Shown one piece after another: positions 20,867-31,467 of a DNA stretch of 64,000 nucleotides (position 1 is its first letter; every line of letters begins with the position of its first letter). Below the pieces are notes generated by a model. The model was not told where the DNA came from and made no database searches. It was given only the letters and a program-made list of their open reading frames with translations. This DNA comes from Nitrospirota bacterium (lineage in GTDB: Bacteria > Nitrospirota > UBA9217). The position numbers and the translations under genes were made by a program. Location of the stretch: contig CAVUCU010000004.1 of the NCBI GenBank assembly GCA_963740085.1, positions 448,001 through 512,000 on the forward strand, given 5' to 3'.

Positions 20867-23719
20867 GTGTCTTCCACGGTGCTCGCTTCGTATGACGTGG
20901 TGATTTTGGGAGATATGGCGCTCACCTCAGGCCAGGTCACGATGCTCAGCGACTGGGTCAGCGCAGGAGGAAATCTCATTGCCATGCGCCCGGATAAGCA
21001 ACTAGCCGGCCTGCTCGGATTGACCGATCTGTCATCAACGCGTTCAAATGCTTATCTTCTCGTAAATACTGCTTCTGGTCCAGGCGTTGGGATCGTTGAT
21101 CAGACGATCCAGTACCATGGTACAGCGGACCTCTACAGTCTGAGCGGTGCTTCAAATCTTGCAACACTTTTCTCTGATGCAACGACTACGACTTCCAACC
21201 CGGCAGTCACCCTGCGAAGTGTCGGGAGCGGTCAGGCAGCGGCATTCACCTATGATCTGGCACGTTCTGTCGTCTACACCCGACAGGGAAATCCGGCCTG
21301 GGCTGGTCAGGAGCGGGACGGTTTTCCGCCGATACGCCCTGACGATCTGTTCTATGGAGCCAAAGTCGGAGATATTCAGCCAGACTGGGTCGATCTGAAC
21401 AAGGTTGCTATCCCCCAGGCTGACGAGCAACAGCGACTTTTGGCAAACCTCATTATTCAGATGAGCTTCACCAAAAAGCCCCTCCCGCGTTTCTGGTACC
21501 TGCCGAGAAACCTGAAGGCGGCCGTAGTCATGTCAGGAGATGACCATAACGGAAATGGAACTGCGGGACGCTTCGATGATCAAATTGCCATTGGTCCTTC
21601 GGGCTGTTCCGTGGATAACTGGGAGTGCATTCGGAGCACCTCGTACATCTATCCTGACAACGCGATGACAAATGGGCAAGCAGCGGCATATGATGCCTTA
21701 GGCTTCGAAATTGGAACCCATATCAGCAGCAATTGTGCAGACTGGACGCCAGTGTCATTGGAATCTTTCTTTGCCGACCAACTGAGCGCCTGGGCGGTAA
21801 AATATTCCAGTCTCCCGTCACCGGTCACGAGTCGTATGCATTGTATTGTGTGGAGTGATTATGCAACCATGCCGGCTGTGGAGCTCAATCACGGGATAAG
21901 ACTGGATACAAACTATTATTATTGGCCGCCGGGCTGGGTCCAGGATCGCCCCGGTTTCTTTACCGGATCCGGCATGCCGATGAGGTTTACCGACGCGAAT
22001 GGCAATCTCATCAACGTATATCAGGCAACCACCCAACTGACCGACGAGTCCGGCCAGACATATACTTACACGATCGATCAACTGCTGTCCAAGGCGACTG
22101 GAACTGAAGGATACTATGGTGTTTTTACAGTCAATGCACATACCGACACGGTTGTATCATCATTATCCAGTACGGTCGTCAGCTCAGCCATGGCATATTC
22201 TATTCCGGTGGTCTCATCGCGCCAGATGTTGACCTGGCTGGATGGCCGCAATGATTCGAGATTTGATTTGCTGGGATGGAGTGGCAACAACCTTAGTTTT
22301 ACTATCAGCGTCGGTCAGGGAGCGACCGGTTTAGTCGCAATGGTACCGGTACCTGATGGCAGGACGGTGACCAGTATGACTCATAATGGAAGTCCCTTCG
22401 TATCATACGACGTGACCAGGATAAAAGGTATTCAGTATGCACGATTTACCGCAGCGAATGGGAATTATACGATAGCATGGACAAAGGCGAACCAGGCTAC
22501 ACTAACAGTAGTAGTTACCCCTTCTACTGTCGCATACGGCAGCACCGCAGCGCTGAGCAGTACCGGTGGCAGCGGGACCGGAGCCGTAACCTACAGCGTG
22601 GGGGGCTCAACGGGCTGCTCAGTAGCAGGCACCACACTCTCAGTGACGAGTGTCAGCGGAACCTGCTCAGTAACAGCGACCAAGGCCGCGGACACCAACT
22701 ATAACTCAGCAACATCGTCAGCGGTGACCGTAACACTTCAGAAGGCGGACCAGACGATCACCTTTGGACCGCTTCCAATCTTGGCAGTTGGAGAACCGAA
22801 CTATCCACCTGGAGGCACAGCGAGCAGCGGTTTGACGGTCAGCTATGCGAGCTCCAATACCGCAGTGGCGACGATAGTGGGTGGCAACATCCATATTGTA
22901 AGCGCCGGGACCACGACGATCACAGCGTCACAAGCAGGCAATACAAACTACAACGCAGCTGTCCCGGTAGCGCAGGGACTGACGGTTGCACCAAACATGC
23001 AAACGATAACGGTAACCCAACACGCGCCAGCCAGTGCGGCATACAACTCTACGTTTACTGTAGCAGCGACAGCGAGTTCGACATTGCCAGTTGCGATAAC
23101 CACCTCCGGCGGATGCAGCGGCAGCGGCAGTGGATCTGCAACGATATTGATGACGAGCGGAACGACCACCTGTACGGTGAATTACAACCAGGCGGGCAGC
23201 GTCGATTTTGGGGCAGCTCAGTTGACTGAAAACACAACGGCGCAGAAGATCAATCAGGCGGCACTGACAGCCGTAGTTACCCCTGCGACCGTAGCATACG
23301 GCAGCACAGCAGCGCTGAGCACGTCCGGCGGCAGCGGGACCGGAGCAGTGACCTACAGTGCAGGCGCTTCAACAGGCTGTTCCGTAGCGGGCAGCACCTT
23401 ATCAGTGACAAGCGTTAGCGGCACCTGCTCAGTGACCGCGACAAAGGCGGCAGATACAAACTATAACGCTGCAACATCATCGGCAGCGACAGTAACGCTG
23501 TATATGGGCGGTGATCTGAACGGCGATAATGTTGTAGATATTGCCGACGCCCTCAAGGCCCTTCGCATTGCGGCGGGACTTGACGTGCCGACGGCATCAG
23601 ATATTGCCCATGGCGACGTGGCGCCTTTGGTAAATGGCATTCGCACACCTGACGGGAAGATCGATCTTGCAGACGTTGTAGCTATCCTGAGGAAGGTAGC
23701 AGGGCTGCCGAGCTGGTAA
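20867..23719 (+). CDS. Giant secreted protein, C-terminal part: deacetylase-like domain, Ig-like modules, C-terminal dockerin-like domain; probably continuous with 17785..20636
   Basis: Paralog of the ~14930-16680 domain (VVMSGDDH, GFEIGTH, SRMHC); ends GDLNGDNVVDIADAL...DGKIDLADVV. Confidence 0.85.
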   Translation: MSSTVLASYDVVILGDMALTSGQVTMLSDWVSAGGNLIAMRPDKQLAGLLGLTDLSSTRSNAYLLVNTASGPGVGIVDQTIQYHGTADLYSLSGASNLATLFSDATTTTSNPAVTLRSVGSGQAAAFTYDLARSVVYTRQGNPAWAGQERDGFPPIRPDDLFYGAKVGDIQPDWVDLNKVAIPQADEQQRLLANLIIQMSFTKKPLPRFWYLPRNLKAAVVMSGDDHNGNGTAGRFDDQIAIGPSGCSVDNWECIRSTSYIYPDNAMTNGQAAAYDALGFEIGTHISSNCADWTPVSLESFFADQLSAWAVKYSSLPSPVTSRMHCIVWSDYATMPAVELNHGIRLDTNYYYWPPGWVQDRPGFFTGSGMPMRFTDANGNLINVYQATTQLTDESGQTYTYTIDQLLSKATGTEGYYGVFTVNAHTDTVVSSLSSTVVSSAMAYSIPVVSSRQMLTWLDGRNDSRFDLLGWSGNNLSFTISVGQGATGLVAMVPVPDGRTVTSMTHNGSPFVSYDVTRIKGIQYARFTAANGNYTIAWTKANQATLTVVVTPSTVAYGSTAALSSTGGSGTGAVTYSVGGSTGCSVAGTTLSVTSVSGTCSVTATKAADTNYNSATSSAVTVTLQKADQTITFGPLPILAVGEPNYPPGGTASSGLTVSYASSNTAVATIVGGNIHIVSAGTTTITASQAGNTNYNAAVPVAQGLTVAPNMQTITVTQHAPASAAYNSTFTVAATASSTLPVAITTSGGCSGSGSGSATILMTSGTTTCTVNYNQAGSVDFGAAQLTENTTAQKINQAALTAVVTPATVAYGSTAALSTSGGSGTGAVTYSAGASTGCSVAGSTLSVTSVSGTCSVTATKAADTNYNAATSSAATVTLYMGGDLNGDNVVDIADALKALRIAAGLDVPTASDIAHGDVAPLVNGIRTPDGKIDLADVVAILRKVAGLPSW

Positions 23720-23770
23720 CGCGATAAATACTGATATGATCGCCGAAATAATATTAATGGAGAATAAACA

Positions 23771-24338
23771 ATGAAAAAAATCGCCATATCAAGCCTGCTG
23801 ATTCTTGCCCTAACACTCACTGTGCTGTCAGCCTGCGGTGGTGGTGGCGGAGGAGGGGGTGCAACACTGACACAGCCTACAAGCGCGGTTCTCACGCTTT
23901 CGACTTCGGATACCGGCACTATTCCATTCCGGTAACGACCACCATAAACAGTTATAACGTCACGATAACGCTCCCTGCCGGTGTGACGGTAAAGAGTACA
24001 GTGAGTCCGCCTGAAACGGATACCGGTGTTGTGACTGCATCAGGAAAGGCATCAGGCGCTTTGATTATCGGGGTCTATACCGCGGCAACAGGTACATTCC
24101 CAGCAACGGTGAAGCTCTACTGTGGTCAAAGTAGAGCCAACTACTGGAGCCGGTTTTGATCCTGGAGAGTTTTGTACGGTAAATGCGACATCGCTGCGGG
24201 CTATTATCCGGCAGCATCGAATTTTGTTCAGCCAACACTCGATGATGCTTCCGGTATCGATAGCAGCATTCCACTTCCGCATCTACCATTATTCTGACCG
24301 GGCAACTGGCCGTGTCATCAACAGCGGTTGTTCAATAA
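23771..24338 (+). CDS. Lipoprotein with a beta-rich domain (possibly cohesin-like); frameshifted and missing from the ORF track
   Basis: MKKIAISSLLILALTLTVLSA-C lipobox and Gly linker, then (in shifted frames) NSYNVTITLPAGVTVK...VKLY / VKVEPTTGAGFDPGEFCTVN; likely stop at 24336-24338. Confidence 0.72.
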
Positions 24339-24471
24339 GAGGTCGGTATCATGAAACATTGCCATTCAACTACTTCACGGGCAAGGGTGTGGCAGTCTAC
24401 CGCTGCGTGTCCTGATCGACGGGATGTGCATTTTCGTCGGATTTCTTTAATTTAAATTTAGTGAAAAAAAC

Positions 24472-27400
24472 ATGAAAAGCTATAACTTGCATTCAAAACC
24501 TATTCTTGTGCTTGTCGTTGCGTTGTTTTTTACATCTGCTATTTCTGCTTACGCCGCCACCTTAAGCGTTGACGGCGCGCAGAAATTCCAGACAATGGAC
24601 GGCTTTGGTGTAAATGCCAATTCTCTGAGCTGGAATAATGGAGAACTTGTGCCGGCAATTGATATGCTGGCTGACGAGATGGGTTCGACCCTGTGGCGTG
24701 TTGTCTTCGATATGGAGGATTGGGAGTCTACTAACGACAACTCCGATCCAAACGTATTTAATTGGGATTATTATAATGGAGTTTATTCAAATTCAAAATT
24801 CCAGAATTTGTGGGGAACGATCGGCTATCTGAATCAAAAGGGCATTTCTTCAGGGATCATGCTAAGTCTGATGGGCAGGGTTCCCAGTTGGATGGATAGC
24901 GTAAACCATAACGGCAGCAAGCTTGATGTTGCATACGAAGATGAATGGGTGGAAATGGTTGCTTCGCTTCTCTACTATGCCAGAAACACGATGCATCTAT
25001 CTTTCTCTCAGATTGATCCATTGAATGAAACGGATTGGGACGGATACGAAGGTCCGCAGATTGATCAGTACCAATACGCAAGACTTCTCAATAAACTTTC
25101 ACAAAAACTGGACTCCATCGGATTAAGCGATATAAAAATAGTCGGCCCGAATACCGCGTCGATAAATACAGGCGTAACAAATTACATGCCGGAGATGATG
25201 CGAGACAGTGTCGTAATGTCAAAAGTGGATCATTTTGGATTTCATAATTATTCTGCATATGCAGACGGGGCTGATCAAGCTATAAAAAGTTCTCCATATC
25301 CCGATAGGAACTTTTATATGACAGAATTGTCTTTGCCCTTTGATGTACTCACCATGATACCTCAAGGGCCCTCGGGGTTCCATGTCTGGGATGGTTATGA
25401 TAGCGTTTACAATCATGCGATTATAAGGGGGAGTGGTTCCACTCCGCCCAATGACGCTGGAAATGGTCCGGCACCTCTTGCCTACGACACGACAACAGGA
25501 GCATACTCGCCGAGAAAATGTTATTATCAGTTCGAACAGATTTTCAAATATATACCTTCCGGATCTGTCAGGATAGCAGCAACGCAGTCCAATGGGAACG
25601 TCGTTATTTCCGCATATTATCATCAGCTGAGCGGACGAGTGACCATAATAGGAGGTAATTCGGGATCGGGAACAATTTCGTATACAGGAACACTCGCGAA
25701 TCTGCCGGGTATGAGCGCTTTACAGTTTTATTGGACAAGCAACTCCGACCCTTCAAAAAATTTCTTCAGAGATATTGACATTGCCGTAACGAACGGAACG
25801 TTTGCGTTCAACGCGCCGTCGAACAGTATATTTACGCTGACCGGGCTCGTAAACGGCGCGGATATTACTCCTCCCCTGGTTTCGATAACAGCGCCAACTG
25901 ACGGCGCCACGGTCAGCAATACGACGACAATATCATCATCCGCAACTGATACGGTCGGCGTTGCTGCAGTCCGCTTTTTGCTTAACGGCGCCAATCTGGG
26001 CAGTGAAATTACTTCTCCTCCTTATAACCTGTTATGGGACACAAGAACAGTTGCAAATGGTAATTATCAGCTTTCAGCAATGGCGCGAGATATAAGTGGC
26101 AACACAGCGACATCTTCTCCGATCAATGTTATCGTTTCAAACCAGGACATTGTCCCCCCGACAGTCTCCATAACCAGCCCGCTGCAAAATGCCTCGGTTG
26201 CCGGAATTTTATCTGTAATTGCTGCTGCAGCCGACAATGTCGGGGTGGCTGGCGTGCAATTCCTGCTGGATGGTGCAGCGTTCGGACCGGAGATCAGAAC
26301 TGCGCCTTACACCACGTTTATGGACACGACGATCATCAGTGATGGTACCCATACGGTCGCTGCGATTGCGCGGGATAATTCAGGTAATACAGCTACAAGC
26401 CAATCCGTATCGTTTAATGTAATAAACAATCCGGGAACTGTCTTTCCGATAAATTTAGTTCAAAAGGCGTCCAACATAACCTCAAGCGCACAGAATCTGG
26501 CCACAACAATGCCTTCACCAGTCGCGATAGGAGATCTCATCGTGGTTTCCGTATCGGGTTGGCCCAATCTGCCGGCCTCGACTGCCGTTACCGACAGCCT
26601 GGGAAATACCTATAGCATTGCCGGGACTGTTCTTACTTCTCAAGGGGCTTACAGTGCCATTTACTACGCAAAGAACGTACGCGGGGGGGCCAATACCGTT
26701 ACCGTCAATACCGTCAGCTCCGGAGGCCAGATATCAATGGCAGTAGCCGAATTCTCCGGAGTGGACACGGTTTCTCCGCTCGACAGGACAGCCGGGACCG
26801 TGGGATCGGGGAATACTCCTTCTTCCGGAAATATGATCCCGAGTTCAGCTGGTGATCTTCTTGTCGGTTCCGGGACCCATAACGGCAACACCGTGACAAC
26901 TGCCGGAACCGGCTTTACGATGATCGCGGTGCCGACAGAAGATTCGAATACCCATCAGCCGCTTGCCATGGAATATCAGGTTCTGACCGGGACCCCGCAG
27001 ACTACGGCAACGTTCAATTTAGCCACCGGTTATCCATGGACGCAGAACGGGGTGTTGTTCAAAGCAGCTGTTCAGCAAGGACCTGACACCTCTCCACCAA
27101 CCGTCTCGATCACTTCGCCTCAGAATGGCTCAACAGTTTCTGCCGCAGTCATGGTATCCGCCACTGCCTCCGACAATGTCGGCGTTACAAAAGTGGAGTT
27201 TTATCTCGACGCTGTTCTTCAGGCAATGAGCACGTCATCTCCTTACGTATGGTCTTGGAACACCCTGCTGATTTCGAATGGATCACATACACTCACAGCC
27301 ATGGCGTATGACGCGGCGGGAAACGTGGGGCAATCCAGCACCATAACCGTAACGGTGTTCAATGATACACTGGCGCCAACCGTTACCGTATCTGCTCCAG

Positions 27401-28692
27401 ACAATAATACAACAGTCAGCGGTTCGGTTACGGTCACTGCCGTCGCTATCGACAATGTGGGCGTGAGCAAGGTAGAGTTCTATGTAAACGGCACTTTGCA
27501 AGCCACGGATACAACTTCTCCCTTCAGTTTCAGTTGGAATACCACAACAATTGCAAATGGCCCCTACATCCTGACAGCCAGGGCCTATGACGCCGCCGGT
27601 AATATTGGATCGAGCAACATCGTTACCGTCACGGTCTCAAACCCGTTGGCAGGCATCGCACTGGTTCAAAAGGCATCCAACATAACCTCAAGCGCACAGA
27701 ATCTGGCCACAACAATGCCTTCACCAGTCGCGATAGGAGATCTCATCGTGGTTTCCGTATCGGGTTGGCCCAATCTGCCGGCCTCGACTGCCGTTACCGA
27801 CAGCCTCGGAAATACCTATAGCATTGCCGGGACTGTTCTTACTTCTCAAGGGGCTTACAGTGCCATTTACTACGCAAAGAACGTACGCGGGGGGACCAAT
27901 ACGGTTACCGTCAATACCGTCAGCTCCGGAGGCCAGATATCAATGGCAGTAGCTGAATTCTCCGGAGTGGACACGGTTTCTCCGCTCGACAGGACAGCCG
28001 GGACCGTGGGATCGGGGAATACTCCTTCTTCCGGAAATATGATCCCGAGTTCAGCTGGTGATCTTCTTGTCGGTTCCGGGACCCATAACGGCAACACCGT
28101 GACAACTGCCGGAACCGGCTTTACGATGATCGCGGTGCCGACAGAAGATTCAAATACCCATCAGCCGCTTGCCATGGAATATCAGGTTCTGACCGGGACC
28201 CCGCAGACTACGGCAACGTTCAATTTAGCCACCGGCTACCCATGGACGCAGAACGGGGTGTTGTTTAAGCCGGCCGTGCAACAAGGATCTGACACCGTTT
28301 CACCCACGGTGACCGCGTTCACTATTCCCGCCACTGCTAATACGCTTACCGTAGCGATCAGCAGTTTCATAGCCACGGACAACGTTGGGGTGACCGGCTA
28401 CCTGGTCACTGAATCGACCGCCACTCCTTTGGCAACGGACGGTGGGTGGACGGCTGCCGCCCCGACGTCCTACACCTTCACAACAGCAGGTAATAAGACC
28501 CTCTATGCCTGGGCAAAGGATGTTGCCGGCAATGTATCGGCAAGCTTGAGTGCTTCCAATATAAAATCATTGATAAACGCCGCCGACCGTGACGGCATTT
28601 ACTATTCCGGCAATAGCTTCTGCTCTCACGATATCGATCACCACCTTCACTGCCACGGACAACGTTGGGGTGACCGGCTACCTGGTCACTGA
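24472..28692 (+). CDS. Giant secreted protein: GH30/GH5-like clan GH-A hydrolase domain, Big_7-like Ig domains and a duplicated ~200-aa domain; continues in 28589..29778
   Basis: Signal peptide; FQTMDGFG; putative acid/base NE (PLNETD) and nucleophile (YMTE); DNVGVTKVEFY Ig repeats. Confidence 0.82.
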   Translation: MKSYNLHSKPILVLVVALFFTSAISAYAATLSVDGAQKFQTMDGFGVNANSLSWNNGELVPAIDMLADEMGSTLWRVVFDMEDWESTNDNSDPNVFNWDYYNGVYSNSKFQNLWGTIGYLNQKGISSGIMLSLMGRVPSWMDSVNHNGSKLDVAYEDEWVEMVASLLYYARNTMHLSFSQIDPLNETDWDGYEGPQIDQYQYARLLNKLSQKLDSIGLSDIKIVGPNTASINTGVTNYMPEMMRDSVVMSKVDHFGFHNYSAYADGADQAIKSSPYPDRNFYMTELSLPFDVLTMIPQGPSGFHVWDGYDSVYNHAIIRGSGSTPPNDAGNGPAPLAYDTTTGAYSPRKCYYQFEQIFKYIPSGSVRIAATQSNGNVVISAYYHQLSGRVTIIGGNSGSGTISYTGTLANLPGMSALQFYWTSNSDPSKNFFRDIDIAVTNGTFAFNAPSNSIFTLTGLVNGADITPPLVSITAPTDGATVSNTTTISSSATDTVGVAAVRFLLNGANLGSEITSPPYNLLWDTRTVANGNYQLSAMARDISGNTATSSPINVIVSNQDIVPPTVSITSPLQNASVAGILSVIAAAADNVGVAGVQFLLDGAAFGPEIRTAPYTTFMDTTIISDGTHTVAAIARDNSGNTATSQSVSFNVINNPGTVFPINLVQKASNITSSAQNLATTMPSPVAIGDLIVVSVSGWPNLPASTAVTDSLGNTYSIAGTVLTSQGAYSAIYYAKNVRGGANTVTVNTVSSGGQISMAVAEFSGVDTVSPLDRTAGTVGSGNTPSSGNMIPSSAGDLLVGSGTHNGNTVTTAGTGFTMIAVPTEDSNTHQPLAMEYQVLTGTPQTTATFNLATGYPWTQNGVLFKAAVQQGPDTSPPTVSITSPQNGSTVSAAVMVSATASDNVGVTKVEFYLDAVLQAMSTSSPYVWSWNTLLISNGSHTLTAMAYDAAGNVGQSSTITVTVFNDTLAPTVTVSAPDNNTTVSGSVTVTAVAIDNVGVSKVEFYVNGTLQATDTTSPFSFSWNTTTIANGPYILTARAYDAAGNIGSSNIVTVTVSNPLAGIALVQKASNITSSAQNLATTMPSPVAIGDLIVVSVSGWPNLPASTAVTDSLGNTYSIAGTVLTSQGAYSAIYYAKNVRGGTNTVTVNTVSSGGQISMAVAEFSGVDTVSPLDRTAGTVGSGNTPSSGNMIPSSAGDLLVGSGTHNGNTVTTAGTGFTMIAVPTEDSNTHQPLAMEYQVLTGTPQTTATFNLATGYPWTQNGVLFKPAVQQGSDTVSPTVTAFTIPATANTLTVAISSFIATDNVGVTGYLVTESTATPLATDGGWTAAAPTSYTFTTAGNKTLYAWAKDVAGNVSASLSASNIKSLINAADRDGIYYSGNSFCSHDIDHHLHCHGQRWGDRLPGH
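26458..28270 (+). repeat. Intragenic duplication of ~610 bp (copies start at 26458 and 27664; offset 1206)
   Basis: VQKASNITSSAQNL...YPWTQNGVLFK present twice with only a few nucleotide differences. Confidence 0.93.
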
Positions 28693-29778
28693 ATCGACCG
28701 CCACTCCTTTGGCAACGGGCGGTGGGTGGACGGCTACCGCCCCGACGTCCTACACCTTCACAACAGCGGGCAGTAAAACCCTCTATGCCTGGGCCAAAGA
28801 CGTTGCCGGGAACGTATCGGCAAGCAGGAGTGCTTCCGTTACTATTACGCTCCCCGATACGACGCCGCCCACAGCGCCGACCAATTTGACAGCAATAGCC
28901 AGTGGTCCGACACAGGTCAATTTGAACTGGACGGCATCGACTGACAATATTGGTGTGGCGGGCTATCGGATTATGCGCAATGGGAGTCCAAATTGCGACC
29001 AGCAGCATCACCAATTTATTCAGACACGACTGTCGCAGCCGGCACGACCTATAGTTATATTGTTCGGGCCTATGATGCGGCCGGAAACGTATCGCCCGAT
29101 TCAAACACCGCCTCCGTAACAACGCCAACAGTGTCTTCGGCTCCTGTCCTCGATAAAACCGTAACGACCAAACAGGCGTCCGGCAGCGGCAGCATTAGTT
29201 CGCCAGGTATAACTACCGCTCAACCAAACGAGCTTCTGGTAGCCTTTATCGCTTCAGACGGACCGACGACTGGCGGCTCGCAGCGGATTACCGCTGTTAC
29301 CGGTGGAGGGCTGACGTGGACATTGCGAGCACGCGCCAATGCCCAGGCCGGGACTGCCGAGATTTGGTCGGCAGCCGCGACGAATGTGGTAACGAACGCG
29401 ATTGTTACGGCCACCCGGACCACCGGCTCGTATCAAGGGATGATTACCGTTGCCGCCTTCCAGGGGGCTAGCTTGACTGTGAATGGTGCTGCCGCGAACG
29501 CCAGTGCGTCCAGTGGAGCACCTTCGGTCACACTGACGACAACTAAGGCGAATTCATTGGTTTGGGGTATTGGTGATGATTGGGACAGGGCAGTTGCCCG
29601 TACGGTCAGTGCGAATCAGACGAAATTCAGCGAGTATCTCTCCCCATCAAGTGATACCTTCTGGGTCCAGTACGTAACTGCACCGTCCGCCGCTGCTGGT
29701 GTGACTGCAACAATTTCTTGTAGCGCTCCAACCAATGATCGGTGGAACCTTGCAGCTTTTGAAATACTTCCGAAATAA
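28589..29778 (+). CDS. C-terminal continuation of the GH-like giant protein (repeat, FN3, Thr/Ser-rich beta domain); frameshifts near 28570 and 28995
   Basis: ORFs 28589..29119 and 28993..29778; the ATDNVGVTGYLVTE repeat offset is 280 bp (28381 vs 28661), not a multiple of 3, which implies an indel. Confidence 0.78.
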
Positions 29779-29827
29779 ACCTTGTGGATTGACCACCCAA
29801 AAGTGAAAAGAGCCTGAACGCACCCAG

Positions 29828-31408
29828 ATGATATCAAATCCTCACGACAGTACACTCCTGGCTTCTTCTCCTCAAGATATGCCTCAAACAGCTGAGACGG
29901 CCACGGCTGAGAAACACACCTACGGTCAGATCCTGAAGTCCTCGGCGTTGATCGGGGGCTCATCGGTGATCAACATCGGTATTGGGATCATTCGTACCAA
30001 GGCGATGGCGATGTTGCTGGGTCCGGCCGGGTTCGGTTTGATGGGTGTGTACACGTCGATTGCCAATCTGGCTCAAAGTATTGCCGGTATGGGCATCAAC
30101 AGCAGCGGCGTGCGCCAGATCGCCGAGGCGGTCGGTTCGGGCGAAACAGAGCGGATCGCGCGAACCGCCGTTGTGCTGCGAAAAACCGCCATCTTTCTGG
30201 GGATATTGGGCGCTCTTTTACTGGTCGTATTTTCCAGACAGGTGTCCGCCTTGACCTTTGGGGACGACCAGCACGCCGGTGCCGTAGCTCTGTTGTCTCT
30301 TGCGGTGTTCTTCAGTTTAGTGTCCGGTGGTCAGGGTGCATTGATCCAGGGAATGCGGCGCATCGCTGATCTCGCGAGAATGGGGGTCCTGGGCACGTTT
30401 TTTGGTTTGGTGATCAGCATCCCCCTGGTATATTTCTTTCGCGAGAAAGGGGTAGTGCCATCACTCATAGGCGTTGCCGCGATGACGATCGCTACCTCAT
30501 GGTGGTACAGCCGGAAGGTGCAGATCATTCCCCCCGCGATGACGTCCTCCCAGGTCAGGCATGAAGCAGCCTTACTATTAAAACTTGGCTTCGCATTCAT
30601 GGCAAGCGGGTTTCTTACACTTGGCGCTGCCTACGCGGTCCGCACCATGGTACTCAGGATGGCAGGGCTTGAGGCAGCCGGATACTATCAGGCTGCCTGG
30701 ACCCTGGGAGGTCTGTATGTCGGGTTCATTTTGCAGGCAATGGGAGCGGACTTTTATCCGCGGTTGACCGGAGTGGCCAGGGACAATGCCGAGTGCAATC
30801 GCCTGGTGAACGAACAGGCGCAGATCAGCCTGCTGCTGGCGGGACCCGGCGTGATCGCCACTCTCACTTTTGCATCCGTGGTGATCGCCGTGTTCTACAG
30901 CACAAAGTTTGGTGCGGCGGTAGAAGTCCTGCGTTGGATCTGTCTTGGCACGACCCTCCAGGTTATCACCTGGCCGATGGGCTATATTATCGTGGCCAAA
31001 GGCGAGCAAAACATCTTTTTTTGGGCCGAACTTGCCTGGACAGTCGTCAATGTAGGTTTTTCGTGGATCTGTGTAAGATCATTCGGCTTGAACGGCGCCG
31101 GCATTGCATTTTTTGCATCATACATCTTTCACTGGCTTTTGATCTATCCGATCGTTCGGCGGCTCAGTGGTTTTCGCTGGTCGGCAGCGAACAGACAAAC
31201 GGGTCTGGTCTTTCTGTCCCTGATCGCGGTAGTGTTCTGCACGTTTTATCTGGTTCCTTTCTGGTATGCAATCGCAGTCGGGATGTTGGCCGCGATTTTC
31301 AGTGGTGTTTATTCGCTTCGTGTGATCACTAATCTCATATCCCTGGACCGGATTCCGCATCGCATCCGGCAGTTGCTACTGTGGTTCGGCGTTGCCGCAG
31401 GCTCTTAA
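29828..31408 (+). CDS. wzx: O-antigen/polysaccharide translocase (Wzx flippase)
   Basis: Many TM segments; ILKSSALIGG...RTKAMAMLLGPAGFG; AGYYQAAW; ADFYPRL. Confidence 0.9.
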   Translation: MISNPHDSTLLASSPQDMPQTAETATAEKHTYGQILKSSALIGGSSVINIGIGIIRTKAMAMLLGPAGFGLMGVYTSIANLAQSIAGMGINSSGVRQIAEAVGSGETERIARTAVVLRKTAIFLGILGALLLVVFSRQVSALTFGDDQHAGAVALLSLAVFFSLVSGGQGALIQGMRRIADLARMGVLGTFFGLVISIPLVYFFREKGVVPSLIGVAAMTIATSWWYSRKVQIIPPAMTSSQVRHEAALLLKLGFAFMASGFLTLGAAYAVRTMVLRMAGLEAAGYYQAAWTLGGLYVGFILQAMGADFYPRLTGVARDNAECNRLVNEQAQISLLLAGPGVIATLTFASVVIAVFYSTKFGAAVEVLRWICLGTTLQVITWPMGYIIVAKGEQNIFFWAELAWTVVNVGFSWICVRSFGLNGAGIAFFASYIFHWLLIYPIVRRLSGFRWSAANRQTGLVFLSLIAVVFCTFYLVPFWYAIAVGMLAAIFSGVYSLRVITNLISLDRIPHRIRQLLLWFGVAAGS

Positions 31409-31467
31409 ATGCCCGTAATTTACTGCTTACAAGTAAGTATCATAAGAATATATGAGAGGTTTGTGCA

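Noticed and set aside
30914-30924. ops-like GGCGGTAG element
   Set aside because: It lies inside the wzx coding sequence rather than a leader, so it is probably chance.
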